A stretch of 64,000 nucleotides of DNA from an uncultured Acidobacteriota bacterium (GCA_963805495.1 CAWDUQ010000002.1:17244-81243); one strand, 5' to 3'; positions 7,597-16,843 are shown, numbered from the stretch's first letter. Numbers and translations are program-made. The notes: a model not told the origin generated them from the sequence alone.

Positions 7597-7910
7597 AGCG
7601 GGGCGAAATCCGCCTGCACCGGTTTCCGGCGCCCGACAAGGAGCGGCCGGTGCTGGTGCTGACGCGGTCGAGCGCGATTCCGTATCTCTCGCGCGCGACG
7701 GTGGCGCCGATCACGTCGACGATCCGAGGGGTGCCGTCGGAGGTCGTGCTGGGGCCCGGGGACGGGATGAAGCAGCCCTGTGCGGTCAACCTCCACAACG
7801 TGATGACGGTCAGCCAGGAGAACCTCGGCCGGCGCGTGGCGCAACTCGAGCCTCGCCGGATGCGTGAAGTCTGCGCCGCGCTCGCGTTCGCGCTGGGTTG
7901 CGACGGCTGA
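7581..7910 (+). CDS. MazF/PemK-family toxin
   Basis: RGEIRLHRFPAPDKERPVLVLT...VAPITSTIRGVPSEVVLG...CAVNLHNVMTVSQENL matches the PemK/MazF pattern. The start is TTG. Confidence 0.8.
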   Translation: MAGRVERGEIRLHRFPAPDKERPVLVLTRSSAIPYLSRATVAPITSTIRGVPSEVVLGPGDGMKQPCAVNLHNVMTVSQENLGRRVAQLEPRRMREVCAALAFALGCDG

Positions 7911-7956
7911 CGTCTCGCCTCCGCCAGCGAGGGCGCGCTCGAGTGTATTTGAGAGA

Positions 7957-7981
7957 GGGCGGGGGCCAGCCCCGCCCCTAC
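7957..7981 (-). repeat. Family-2 REP unit
   Basis: The reverse complement reads GTAG GGGCGGGG CTGGC CCCCGCCC. It lies between two convergent gene ends. Confidence 0.75.
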
Positions 7982-8015
7982 GAACCGGAGCGTCGATGGG
8001 GGATTGGCGCAACGA

Positions 8016-9719
8016 TCACGGGGTTTTCGTGGTTCTCGGCACGCCGCTCGAGATGAGCAGGATCCTTCCCGAGTGGTTTCCCTTGATCCCGCTCCAGGCC
8101 GACGTGATGAGGAGGTCGACGGTGCCGTCGCCGTCGGTGTCCCCCATGCCGACCGCGTCGAACCCGAACGTGTCGCCGGGGACGCGGCAGGTGTAGGTCT
8201 TCAGCAGCCTGCCGTCCCTGCCGGAATAGAGATACGTCCGTCCGCCCGATACGGCGGCGCCCGCGTACTGCCAGGCGCCGATGACGAGGTCGGGCCGGCC
8301 GTCGCCGTCGACGTCGCCCGCCGGGCCGGGGCCGATGCCGAAGCCTTCGCCGGCCGTTTCGCCGGTCAGAGTGAGGAGGCTCTTGCCGGTCTTGCCGGAG
8401 AACGCGTAGGCGCGGCCGGTGGAACGGCCTCTGGCCGAATTGGCGAAGTCGGTGGCGTAGAGGTCGGGGACGCCGTCGCCGTCGAGATCGCCCGGGACCG
8501 ACATGAACATGTAGCCGAAGGCGGCACCGGTCGCGTCGGACTCGAGGACGTAGCGGGGCTTTTCCGAGAGGCCGTCGTAGACGTAGACGCGGCCGGTCTT
8601 CTTCGGTCCCGCGGCCGGGGCGCCGACCATGAGGAAGGTGACTTTGCCGCGGGTGTAGCCGGCGACGGTCGAGCCGAAGCTGTCGCCTTCGCGTTCGCCC
8701 GTCCAGGTTGCAAGCTTGCGGCCGTCCTTGCCCGAGTAGAGATACGCGCGGCCGGCGTCCTTCCCGCCGGCGGCGTTGGTCGGTGCGCCGACGAGGACGT
8801 CGTCGTAGCCGTCGTGGTTCACGTCGCCGGCGTAGGTGACGTGGCGGCCGAAGGTGTCGGTCTTCGCCTCGGCGGTCAGCGTGACGAGGACGCGGCCGTC
8901 CTTGCCCGAGTAGACGTAGGCCTTGCCGCCGCCCGGCGCGCCGGCGACGACGTCCGGAACGCCGTCCTTGTTCGTGTCGCCGGCGAGCTCGACTCCCGTG
9001 CCGAGCTCCTCGCCGGGGGCGCCGTCGACTTTCCAGAGGAGCTTGCCCGTCTTCGTCGAGTAGACGTAGACGCGGCCGGCGTCCTTGCCGGTGCCGGCCC
9101 ACGAGGGCGCCGAGGTGACGAAGTCGGCGACACCGTCGCCGTCGACGTCGCCGAGGCTCCGCGCGATCCAGCCGAACTGGTCCCCCTGCGCCTCGCCGTC
9201 CCACTCGCGCAGGAGCTTCACGTTCTCGTCGGCGACGAAGGGGTTGGCGAAGTCCTCGGGCTTCGGAAGGAGGGCCGCGAAGCGCGGGTCGGACGAGATC
9301 GGCTTGAGGTCGTCGTCGACCTGGATCTGGGTCATGTCGATCTTCCCGGTCGCCTTCGCCTTGCCGAGCCACTCGAAGGCGGCGTCCTTGTTTCCCTCGA
9401 GGGCCCAGGCGACGCCGGTGTTGTAGAGGGCCTGCGGAGAGTCGGGGACGAGGGCGAGGAGCTTCGCGTAGGCGGCGCGCGCCTGCGTGTACTTCTTCTG
9501 CTTGAGGTAGGTGAAGCCGAGGTAGCGCCAGGCGACCTTGTTGCCCGGGTCGGCCGCGACCACGTTCTCGAGGATCGCGGATGCGCCGGCGAAGTCGCCC
9601 TGGCCGATCTTGCCGGCGGCGGCGGCGACGTCCTGGTCGGCGCCCGGCGGCGTCTGCGCGGCCGCGAAGGTCAGTGCAGCGGCGAGGGCGAGGACGGCGG
9701 CTATCAGCTTCTTGCTCAT
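8016..9719 (-). CDS. Secreted TPR + FG-GAP (integrin-alpha-like beta-propeller) repeat protein
   Basis: A signal peptide is followed by an N-terminal TPR region. After that come repeated FG..GD.DGDG..D..(V/I)GAP...G..Y(V/L)YSG..G units, the FG-GAP/VCBS-like pattern. Confidence 0.85.
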   Translation of the reverse strand: MSKKLIAAVLALAAALTFAAAQTPPGADQDVAAAAGKIGQGDFAGASAILENVVAADPGNKVAWRYLGFTYLKQKKYTQARAAYAKLLALVPDSPQALYNTGVAWALEGNKDAAFEWLGKAKATGKIDMTQIQVDDDLKPISSDPRFAALLPKPEDFANPFVADENVKLLREWDGEAQGDQFGWIARSLGDVDGDGVADFVTSAPSWAGTGKDAGRVYVYSTKTGKLLWKVDGAPGEELGTGVELAGDTNKDGVPDVVAGAPGGGKAYVYSGKDGRVLVTLTAEAKTDTFGRHVTYAGDVNHDGYDDVLVGAPTNAAGGKDAGRAYLYSGKDGRKLATWTGEREGDSFGSTVAGYTRGKVTFLMVGAPAAGPKKTGRVYVYDGLSEKPRYVLESDATGAAFGYMFMSVPGDLDGDGVPDLYATDFANSARGRSTGRAYAFSGKTGKSLLTLTGETAGEGFGIGPGPAGDVDGDGRPDLVIGAWQYAGAAVSGGRTYLYSGRDGRLLKTYTCRVPGDTFGFDAVGMGDTDGDGTVDLLITSAWSGIKGNHSGRILLISSGVPRTTKTP

Positions 9720-9814
9720 TTTGTCCCTCCGAAGTCGTCCGTCTTACGGGGTTCCGGCGCCGTGGTTTTGCCGAGGATCCGGACGGGACGCGTGAGGTCG
9801 ATTCCGTCGACTCC

Positions 9815-9921
9815 GGGAGGGGGCAAGCCCCTCCCCTACGAATACCGGCTGCTCGAACCCGTTTCGCCTTCCGTCAGAATTTTCGGGCCCTCGTACGTAG
9901 GGGCGGCCCTTGTGGCCGCCC
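9815..9921. repeat. Inverted pair of family-2 REP units (REPIN/BIME-like)
   Basis: 9815-9839 reverse complement: GTAG GGGAGGGG CTTGC CCCCTCCC. 9897-9921: GTAG GGGCGGCC CTTGT GGCCGCCC. The spacer is 57 nt, in a divergent intergenic region. Confidence 0.8.
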
Positions 9922-9957
9922 GCTCCGCCCGTCGGCTACCATGTCGCGGTGGAAGCG

Positions 9958-10853
9958 ATGGCGACCGGGCCTTCTCTCGGACCGTACGAGCGGATCCTCT
10001 GGAGCAATCCGTCGATGACGCTCGGCACCTTCGACGCCTCTCCCGAGAACGAAGACTTCGAGACGGCGGGGGCCGTCGGCGACCGGCCGGCGATCGCGTT
10101 CTCCCGCTCTTCGGTCGGGATCCTGCAGGCCAAGCGCGACGCGTTCGTCTCGGACGGGACGGTCGCGGTCCTGCACAACCCGCGGCATCCGTACCGGCGG
10201 TTTCGTGTGGATCGGCGGGGCGATCACTGCGAGTGGGTGTCGGTCGAGCCGGAGCTGCTGCTCTCCGCGAACCCGCGGCTGGGGCACGATCCGGGACGAC
10301 CCTTCGCGGTTCCGTACGTTCCTCTGGAGCGTCGCGCCGCGGCGCTCGTTCGCCTCGTCGCGCGCCACCTTCGCGAGTGGGCGCCGCCGGACGAGCTGTG
10401 GGTGGAAGAGACGTTGCTCGAGGTGCTGGGCCTGCTCGCGCCCTCGCCGCGAGCGCTCGCAGGACGGGCGCGACTCCGCGGCACGACCGGGTCGTCCGGA
10501 GCGTGCGGGAGCTTCTCTCGAGCCGGCCGGAGCAGCCGTGGACGGTCGCGTCGATCGCCAAGGTCGTGGGCGTGTCGCCGTTCCACATGTGCCGGGTCTT
10601 CCGGCGGCGCGCGGGCTACACGCTCCACGGGTATCTGACCGAGCAGAGGCTGCGCCGGGCGCTGGTGCTGCTCGAAGACGGGCAAACGGACCTGCGCGCG
10701 ATCGCGGCGTCGCTCGGGTTCTCGAGCCACAGCCAGTTCACGGCGCGTTTCCATGCGGCGTTCGGGGCGACGCCGTCGCGGTTTCGCCGCGGCGCCGCGC
10801 CGGCGGTCGTGCGGGGGATGGCGGAGAAGCTGCGCATGAACGCCGCGGGGTAG
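9958..10853 (+). pseudogene. AraC/XylS-family transcriptional regulator with an apparent frameshift
   Basis: The N-terminal sensor-like part (..MTLGTFDASPENEDFE..FSRSSVGILQ..YRRFRVDRRGDHCEWV..) is in the frame of ORF 9910-10638. The HTH part (RHDRVVRSVRELL..WTVASIAKVVGVSPFHMCRVFRR..GFSSHSQFTARF) is in the frame that ends at 10853. The switch lies near 10450-10480. Confidence 0.7.
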
Positions 10854-10863
10854 ATGGCCTCGA

Positions 10864-10931
10864 GGGCGGCCACGACGGCCGCCCCTGCGAGAGCGCGTCC
10901 CCGGTCGTAGGGGCGGGGTTTATCCCCGCCC
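10864..10931. repeat. Inverted pair of family-2 REP units
   Basis: 10864-10888 reverse complement: GCAG GGGCGGCC GTCGT GGCCGCCC. 10907-10931: GTAG GGGCGGGG TTTAT CCCCGCCC. The pair lies between convergent stops. Confidence 0.8.
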
Positions 10932-10950
10932 GATTTCGGGCTCGGCGGGG

Positions 10951-11967
10951 CTACATCGTCAGCACCACCCGGAACCGCGCCTTGCCGCTCATCATCCGGT
11001 CGTACGCCTCGGCGGCGCGGTCGAGGGGGAAGATCTCGTTTCTCGATCGGACTCCCGTCTGCGCGGCGAATTTCAGCGTGTCCTGCGAGTCGATCGATCG
11101 GCCGGAGGGCCAGCCGGCGACGGAGCGGCGGTCGAAGATCAGGGCGAGGGCGGGCACCGGCAGGGGATCCGGCGGGGCGCCGACGACGATGAGCTTGCCG
11201 TCGGGGCTGAGGCCTCCGATGACGGCGGCCATGGCCGCGCCGTTGGTGACGGTCGCGAGGATGGCGCGCGCCCCGCCGAGCTTCGCGAGCTCCGCGGCCG
11301 GGTCCTGCGCCCGGGTGTCGATGTAGACGCGCGCGCCGAGCTCCTTCGCGAGGGGCGCCTTGTCGGCGCCGCGGGCGATCGCGACGGTGTCGAAGCCCAT
11401 CTTCGCGGCGAACTGGACGCCGAGGTGGCCGAGGCCGCCGATGCCGAGGATCGCGACGACATCGCCCGGGCGCGCGCCGGAGTTGCGGAGCGGATTGAAC
11501 GTCGTGACGCCGGCGCACATGAGCGGGGCGGCCTCCGCCGCCGTGAGACCGTCCGGGATCCGGGCCAGGACGGACCAGGGCGCGACGACGTAGTCGGCGT
11601 AGCCGCCGTCGAAGGCGATCCCGGTCACCTTCAGGCCGTTGCGGCAGGTCAGGAAATCGCCGCGCCGGCACGAGTCGCAGTACCCGCAGTGCCCGCCGTG
11701 CCAACCGATGCCGACGCGATCGCCGGCCTTCCAGAGGGGAGCGTCCGGGCCCACGGCGTCGACGACACCCGCGATCTCGTGGCCGGGCACGCGCGGGTAC
11801 GCGATCCCCGGAAACAGGCCCTCCTTCGTGAGCACGTCGCTGTGGCAGACGCCGCAGGCTTCGACCCGCACGCGGACTTGACCGGGGCCGGGCGCCGGGA
11901 TCTCGCGCTCCACTGTCTGAAAGGGCTGGTTGGCTCCGGGGACCTGGACGGCACGCATCTTGGGCAA
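10951..11967 (-). CDS. Zinc-dependent alcohol dehydrogenase (MDR family)
   Basis: CGVCHSD, GHEIAGVV, the structural-zinc Cys cluster CGYCDSCRRG and the GIGGLGHLG dinucleotide motif are all present. Confidence 0.9.
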   Translation of the reverse strand: MPKMRAVQVPGANQPFQTVEREIPAPGPGQVRVRVEACGVCHSDVLTKEGLFPGIAYPRVPGHEIAGVVDAVGPDAPLWKAGDRVGIGWHGGHCGYCDSCRRGDFLTCRNGLKVTGIAFDGGYADYVVAPWSVLARIPDGLTAAEAAPLMCAGVTTFNPLRNSGARPGDVVAILGIGGLGHLGVQFAAKMGFDTVAIARGADKAPLAKELGARVYIDTRAQDPAAELAKLGGARAILATVTNGAAMAAVIGGLSPDGKLIVVGAPPDPLPVPALALIFDRRSVAGWPSGRSIDSQDTLKFAAQTGVRSRNEIFPLDRAAEAYDRMMSGKARFRVVLTM

Positions 11968-12095
11968 GGGATCCTCCTTGTATCGAGAGGGGCGCGTCGT
12001 GCGCCCGCGGGCTCATGGTCAATTAGTCCGGCGGGGCAGCGGCGGATTCAGGATCGGAGACCCGCACCTACAATGTCCGTCAAGGGGGTTCCAGC

Positions 12096-12818
12096 ATGCG
12101 CCATCTGTCCGGGTCGATCTGCGTCCTGTCGATCGCCCTTGTCCCGGCCCTTTCGTCCACCCTGGCCGCGGCGCCGGCTCCGTCCTACGGCGTCGACCAG
12201 GTGTCGACGGCCGTCGTGACCGCCTGGGACGTCGAGCCGACCCTTCCCGGGATGTCCTGGAGCGCCACGAACCTCTATCGGTACCAGGTGAACGCGGGAG
12301 CGTTTCTGGCCGCCCTTCATCTGCCACAGGGGGCCCTGCTCATCTCGATCGAGCTCGAGGCCTGCGACACATCGGCGGCGGGAGAAGTTATCGGCGCGCT
12401 CTACCGGGGCACACTCGGCGCGGCCACGGGGGTCGTGAACGTCTCCACCGGAAACGCGGCCACGCCAGGATGCGTCACCCTCGCGGCCGACCTGCCGAGC
12501 CCCGAGACGGTCGAGAACAACGCCAATCGATACATCGTCGGCATGTCGAACTCGACGTTCGACGGCCTGACCTCGTTCGCCGCCATTCGCGTTCGCTACA
12601 GGCTCCAGGTCAGCCCGGCGCCGGCGAACGCGACCTTCAACGACGTGCCGACCTCGGACCCCGCGTACCAGTTCATCGAGGCGCTCGTCGCCTCGGGGGT
12701 CACGGCCGGATGCGGCGGAGGCAACTACTGCCCGAATGCTCCCTTGACGCGGCGGCAGATGGCGGTTTTTCTCTCCAAGGCGCTGGGCCTGCACTGGCCC
12801 GACGGGCCCGCATTCTGA
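12096..12818 (+). CDS. Secreted protein of unknown function with a C-terminal SLH-like module (paralog of 1870-2649)
   Basis: It has a signal peptide. Blocks shared with 1870-2649 are V.AWD, LP.GA.L.S....CD.S and Y(K/R)LQVSPAP..ATF.DVPTS.P.(F/Y)QF(V/I)EALV.SG(I/V)TAGCGGGN(F/Y)CP..PLTR.QMAVFL.K.LGL. Confidence 0.7.
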   Translation: MRHLSGSICVLSIALVPALSSTLAAAPAPSYGVDQVSTAVVTAWDVEPTLPGMSWSATNLYRYQVNAGAFLAALHLPQGALLISIELEACDTSAAGEVIGALYRGTLGAATGVVNVSTGNAATPGCVTLAADLPSPETVENNANRYIVGMSNSTFDGLTSFAAIRVRYRLQVSPAPANATFNDVPTSDPAYQFIEALVASGVTAGCGGGNYCPNAPLTRRQMAVFLSKALGLHWPDGPAF

Positions 12819-13038
12819 GATCGAACGGACCGACCGCAATGCCGGGATCGTGGCGAAGGTAAAGAAGAAGTACCTGCCGGACCGGGCCGCCGCGAGTGCC
12901 TCGCCGGCGAAGTGAGGCTGGCGGGCCCGCCGTGCGGGATCCTTGGGGGATTCTGGGAATCGCCCGCCCCCCAAACATGCCCGCGGCGTATTCGTAGTCA
13001 CTTCTGACGATTCCATTCGGGTCGTCGAGGAGAGAACG

Positions 13039-14550
13039 ATGCGCACGAACCGATCCCTCGCCGCCCTGCTATCGCTCGTGGCCGCCGCCCTCCTGACGCT
13101 CGCCGGCTGCCAGAAAAAGGAAGCCCCGGCCCCGGCCGCGGTCGAAGCCGCGCCGACGCCTCCGGGCGGCGGGAAGGTCCCGATCACGACCTCCTCGGCA
13201 GAGGCCCGGGCGGCCTACCTGCAGGGCCGCGACGAGTTCGAGAAGCTCCTCGTCACGGACTCGATCGCCCAGTTCCAGAAGGCCATCGCGCTCGACGCCG
13301 ACTTCGCGATGGCGGAGCTCGCCATGGCGAACGCGTCGCCGACGGGTGGGGAGTTCTTCAACCACCTGAACCGGGCGGTGATCCTCTCGGAAAAGGCCTC
13401 CGACGGCGAGAAGCTCCTCATCATGGCGGCGCGCTCGGGGGCGAACAACGACGCGACCAAGCAGAAGGACTACCTCGACGAGCTCGCCCGGACGTTTCCG
13501 AACGACGAGCGGGCGCAGGCCGCCCTGGGGGCGTGGTACTTCGGCCAGCAGGACTTCCCGCAGGCGATCGCGCAGTACGAGAAAGCGACGGCAATCAACC
13601 CGGGCCTGACGACCGCCTGGAACCTCCTGGGCTACGCCTACCGCCAGAACGGCGACTTCGCGAACGCGGAGAAGGCCTTTCAGAAGTACGTCGAGCTGAT
13701 TCCGAAGGACCCGAACCCCTACGACTCGTACGCGGAGCTGCTCCTGAAGATGGGCCGCTTCGACGAGTCGGCCGCGCAGTACCGCAAGGCCCTCGGGATC
13801 GACCCCAACTTCATCAACGCCCACCAGGGGATCGCGATGGACCTCCTGTACGCGGGCAAGCCCGCCGACGCGATCGCGGAGCTCGCCGAGATCGATAAGA
13901 AGGCGCGGACGGACGGCGAGCGGCGGACGGGCCTCTTCGCCTTGACGGTCGTCTACCTCGACGGAGGCGAGTTCGCGAAGGCGCTCGCGACGGTCGACCG
14001 GATGGACGCGATCGCCCGGAAGAACAAGGACGTCCCGGCGATCGCCTTCGACCACGGGTTGAAAGGCAACATCCTGCTCGAGATGGGCAAGCCCGATCCG
14101 GCGAAGGCCGAGTTCGAAAAAGGGGTCGCGATCGTCGAGGGCTCCAACCTCTCGCAGGAGATCAAGGACAACGCGAAGCTCTTCCTGCACTACAACCTGG
14201 CGCGCGTTGCGGTCGCGAAGAAAAACTTCACCCTGGCGAAGACCGAGGCCGACGAGTTCCGCAAGGGCGCCATGGCCTCGAAGAACCCGTTCCAGCCGAA
14301 ACTCTCCCACGAGCTCGACGGCATCGTCGCGCTCGCCGGGAAGAACTACGACGAGTCGATCGCCGAGCTCCGGCAGGCGAACCAGCAGAATCCGCAGAAC
14401 CTCTTCCGGCTCTGCGAGGCCTACCAGGGCAGGGGCGACGCGGCGAAGGCGAGCGAGTCGTGCAAGCAGGCCGCCGGCTTCAACAGCCTGCCGAACCAGA
14501 ACTATGCGTTCGTGCGGGCGAAGGCGAAGGCGGGGGCCGCGGGCGGATAA
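13039..14550 (+). CDS. TPR-repeat lipoprotein
   Basis: GAGGAG lies upstream of the ATG. The lipobox is LTLAGC, and multiple TPR-like units follow (..AWNLLGYAYRQNGDFANAEKAFQKYVELIPKDPN..). Confidence 0.8.
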   Translation: MRTNRSLAALLSLVAAALLTLAGCQKKEAPAPAAVEAAPTPPGGGKVPITTSSAEARAAYLQGRDEFEKLLVTDSIAQFQKAIALDADFAMAELAMANASPTGGEFFNHLNRAVILSEKASDGEKLLIMAARSGANNDATKQKDYLDELARTFPNDERAQAALGAWYFGQQDFPQAIAQYEKATAINPGLTTAWNLLGYAYRQNGDFANAEKAFQKYVELIPKDPNPYDSYAELLLKMGRFDESAAQYRKALGIDPNFINAHQGIAMDLLYAGKPADAIAELAEIDKKARTDGERRTGLFALTVVYLDGGEFAKALATVDRMDAIARKNKDVPAIAFDHGLKGNILLEMGKPDPAKAEFEKGVAIVEGSNLSQEIKDNAKLFLHYNLARVAVAKKNFTLAKTEADEFRKGAMASKNPFQPKLSHELDGIVALAGKNYDESIAELRQANQQNPQNLFRLCEAYQGRGDAAKASESCKQAAGFNSLPNQNYAFVRAKAKAGAAGG

Positions 14551-14563
14551 ACTCGACTGTGTG

Positions 14564-15523
14564 ATGCACGTGCGCGACACGCTCTCCCGCCGTGCGTTCC
14601 TGACCTCCGTCGCCGCGGCCGGGGCGGCGGCGGTGCTTCGACCGCGGTCGGCCGCCGCGTACCCGGGGCCGGCCTCCGCCTCCCCGCGTCCCGGCCCGAT
14701 CCTGACCCATGCCGTTCCGTCGTCCGGGCAGGCATTGCCGCTCGTCGGGCTCGGAAGCTGGATGACCTTCAACGTCGGCGAGGACACGGCCGCGCGGGAT
14801 TCCTGCGCCGAGGTCATGCGCGCGTTCTTCGCAGAGGGCGGAAGGTTGATCGACTCCTCGCCCATGTACGGCTCCTCGCAGGAGGTCATCGGGTACGGCC
14901 TCGCGAAGCTCGGGCATCCGAAGGAGGTCTTCCCGGCCGACAAGGTCTGGACCTCGTCGGGCTCGAAGGGGCCCGAGCAGATCCGCGAGTCGGAGCGGCG
15001 CTGGGGCATCGCGCGGTTCGACCTGCTGCAGGTGCACAACCTGATGGCCTGGGAGGAGCACCTCGAGACCCTCTTCGCGATGAAGGCGGCGGGCAGGCTC
15101 GGCTACGTCGGGGTGACGACATCGCACGGGCGGCGCCACGACGAGCTCGAGAAGATCATGCGCGCGAAGCCGCTCGACTTCGTCCAGATGACCTACAACG
15201 CGGCCGACCGCGAGGTGGAGGAGCGGCTGCTGCCGCTCGCCCGGGAGCGGAAGATGGCGGTCATCTGCAACCGGCCGTTCCAGGGAGGCGACCTGATCCA
15301 CCGCGTCGAGCGCGCGCCGCTGCCCTCGTGGTCGGCCGAGATCGACTGCGCGAACTGGCCGCAGGTGCTGCTGAAGTTCATCGTTTCGCACCCCGCGGTC
15401 ACCTGCGCCATCCCCGCGACGTCGCGCGTCGACCACGTGCGGCAGAACGTGGGCGCCTCCTACGGCCGGATGCCCGACGCGGCGATGCGGCGGCGAATCG
15501 CGGACGAGGTCGGGAAGCTCTGA
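14564..15523 (+). CDS. Aldo/keto reductase with a Tat-type signal
   Basis: The N-terminus has SRRAFLTSVAAAGAAA (twin-arginine). AKR blocks are LGSWMTF, IDSSPMYGSSQEVIG and LQVHNL. Confidence 0.85.
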   Translation: MHVRDTLSRRAFLTSVAAAGAAAVLRPRSAAAYPGPASASPRPGPILTHAVPSSGQALPLVGLGSWMTFNVGEDTAARDSCAEVMRAFFAEGGRLIDSSPMYGSSQEVIGYGLAKLGHPKEVFPADKVWTSSGSKGPEQIRESERRWGIARFDLLQVHNLMAWEEHLETLFAMKAAGRLGYVGVTTSHGRRHDELEKIMRAKPLDFVQMTYNAADREVEERLLPLARERKMAVICNRPFQGGDLIHRVERAPLPSWSAEIDCANWPQVLLKFIVSHPAVTCAIPATSRVDHVRQNVGASYGRMPDAAMRRRIADEVGKL

Positions 15524-16199
15524 TGTCGGAGTGGTGGACCTACCACCTCCAGGACTTCCTCCTCTTCACGCCCCGCACGTACTACCGGCTTTTCGAGCTC
15601 TACAACGCCGCGATCTGGCCGGCGCAGCTCGTCGCGATGGCCCTGGGCGTTGCGCTCATCGTTCTCGCGCGCCGCGGGTCGGCCGCGTCGGGGAGGATCG
15701 CCGCGGCGATCCTCGCTGCGTGCTGGCTCTTCGTCGCGATCGCATTCCACGCGGCGCGCTACGCGACGATCAACACGGCGCGGCCTACTTCGCCTGGCTG
15801 TTCGGGCTGGAGGCGGCGCTCCTGCCGGGGCGGCGGGCGCGGGAAGCCTGGCCTTCGGCGGCCCGGGAGTTGCCGGGGGCCGCATCGGGCTCGGCGATCT
15901 TTCTCTTCGCGCTCGTGATCATGCCACTCGCGGCGCCGCTTCTCGGGCGGGGCTGGCGGTCGGTCGAGATCTTCGGCGTCGCACCCGACCCGACGGCGGT
16001 CGGGACCCTCGGCATCCTGCTGCTGTCGCGAAAGGCGAAGCGGCGCTGGCCCGTCATGATCCTGCCGGCGCTCTGGTGCGCGATCACGGGCGCGACGCTC
16101 TCCACGATGCACGCGCCGGACTTCTGGGCCGCTCCGGCCGCCGCGGCGCTCGCCGTGACGGTCGCGGCGTGGCAGGGAAGGTCGATTCGGGCCGCCTGA
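15523..16199 (+). pseudogene. DUF6064-like integral membrane protein with an apparent frameshift
   Basis: MSEWWTYHLQDFLLFTPRTYYRLFELYNAAIWP... (frame of ORF 15328-15918) stops making sense after ..ARYATIN. The hydrophobic continuation ..AAYFAWLFGLEAALL...ILPALWCAITGATL.. is in the frame that ends at 16199. The shift lies near 15772-15785. The ATG overlaps the upstream stop (TGATG). Confidence 0.55.
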
Positions 16200-16341
16200 G
16201 TCGCGATTGTGTGCACGGCCGGTGCGATTCCGGCGCGTTCCCGCCGATTCTTCGTTTTCGACCCTCGAACTCCTGTAACGTGAGTGGTCCGTCCCCAGGT
16301 TGGAACATCTCCGTTCCCACTCGAAGGCAAGAGGAGTCTCT

Positions 16342-16824
16342 ATGTACCGCACCCGACTCATCGCCGGCATCGTTCTCGGACTCATCATGACTGTCGGCGC
16401 ACAGGCCGAAGAAAAGAAGATCAGGCAGTCGAAACTCCCCGAGGCTGTGCAGAAAACGGCCGGCGAGCAGAGCAACGGCGCGACCGTGACCGGCTACACG
16501 AGCGACGAGGTCGACGGCACGATGGTTTACCAGATGAACCTTGCGGTCGACGGCCGGGCCCGCGGCGTCGTGATGGACCCGGACGGCAACGTCGTCTCGG
16601 TCGAGCAGGAGGTCCCGTGGACCGAGCTCCCGGAATCGGTCCAGAAGGACTTCAACGGCGTGAAGGGCAAGGGCAAGTTCGAGTCGGTGAGCACGATCTC
16701 GAAGGACGGCCAGATCGTGGCGTACGCGGGGATCCTCCTCAGGAACGGCGAGCGCAATCACGTGAGCGTCAAGCCCAACGCTCCGGCGCCGGAAGCGGTT
16801 CCGGTACCGGCCGCCTCGAAGTAG
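16342..16824 (+). CDS. PepSY-like periplasmic protein
   Basis: AGAGGAG lies upstream of the ATG and there is a signal peptide. Two KLPE.VQK../..LPESVQKDF.. half-repeats each have a G..V.(Y/F)......DG pattern, as in PepSY-like beta-lactamase-inhibitor-like proteins. Confidence 0.6.
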   Translation: MYRTRLIAGIVLGLIMTVGAQAEEKKIRQSKLPEAVQKTAGEQSNGATVTGYTSDEVDGTMVYQMNLAVDGRARGVVMDPDGNVVSVEQEVPWTELPESVQKDFNGVKGKGKFESVSTISKDGQIVAYAGILLRNGERNHVSVKPNAPAPEAVPVPAASK

Positions 16825-16843
16825 ACGACCCGGATTCGACTCG

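Noticed and set aside
187-7910. The TA-rich segment as a mobile genomic island or prophage remnant.
   Set aside because: No integrase, recombinase, tRNA target, direct-repeat boundaries or phage genes are present. Housekeeping-type deaD and ydjM-like genes are interleaved.
8004-10853. A 949-aa plus-strand ORF spanning the FG-GAP gene region.
   Set aside because: Only its last 125 codons or so (the AraC HTH) look like protein. The rest is antisense to the well-supported FG-GAP gene and is Gly/Arg/Ala/Val-rich nonsense.
16270-16341. A sigma54-type promoter (TGGAAC-N5-CGTTCC) upstream of the PepSY-like gene.
   Set aside because: The conserved GC of the -12 element is missing and the spacing does not match TGGCAC-N5-TTGC.
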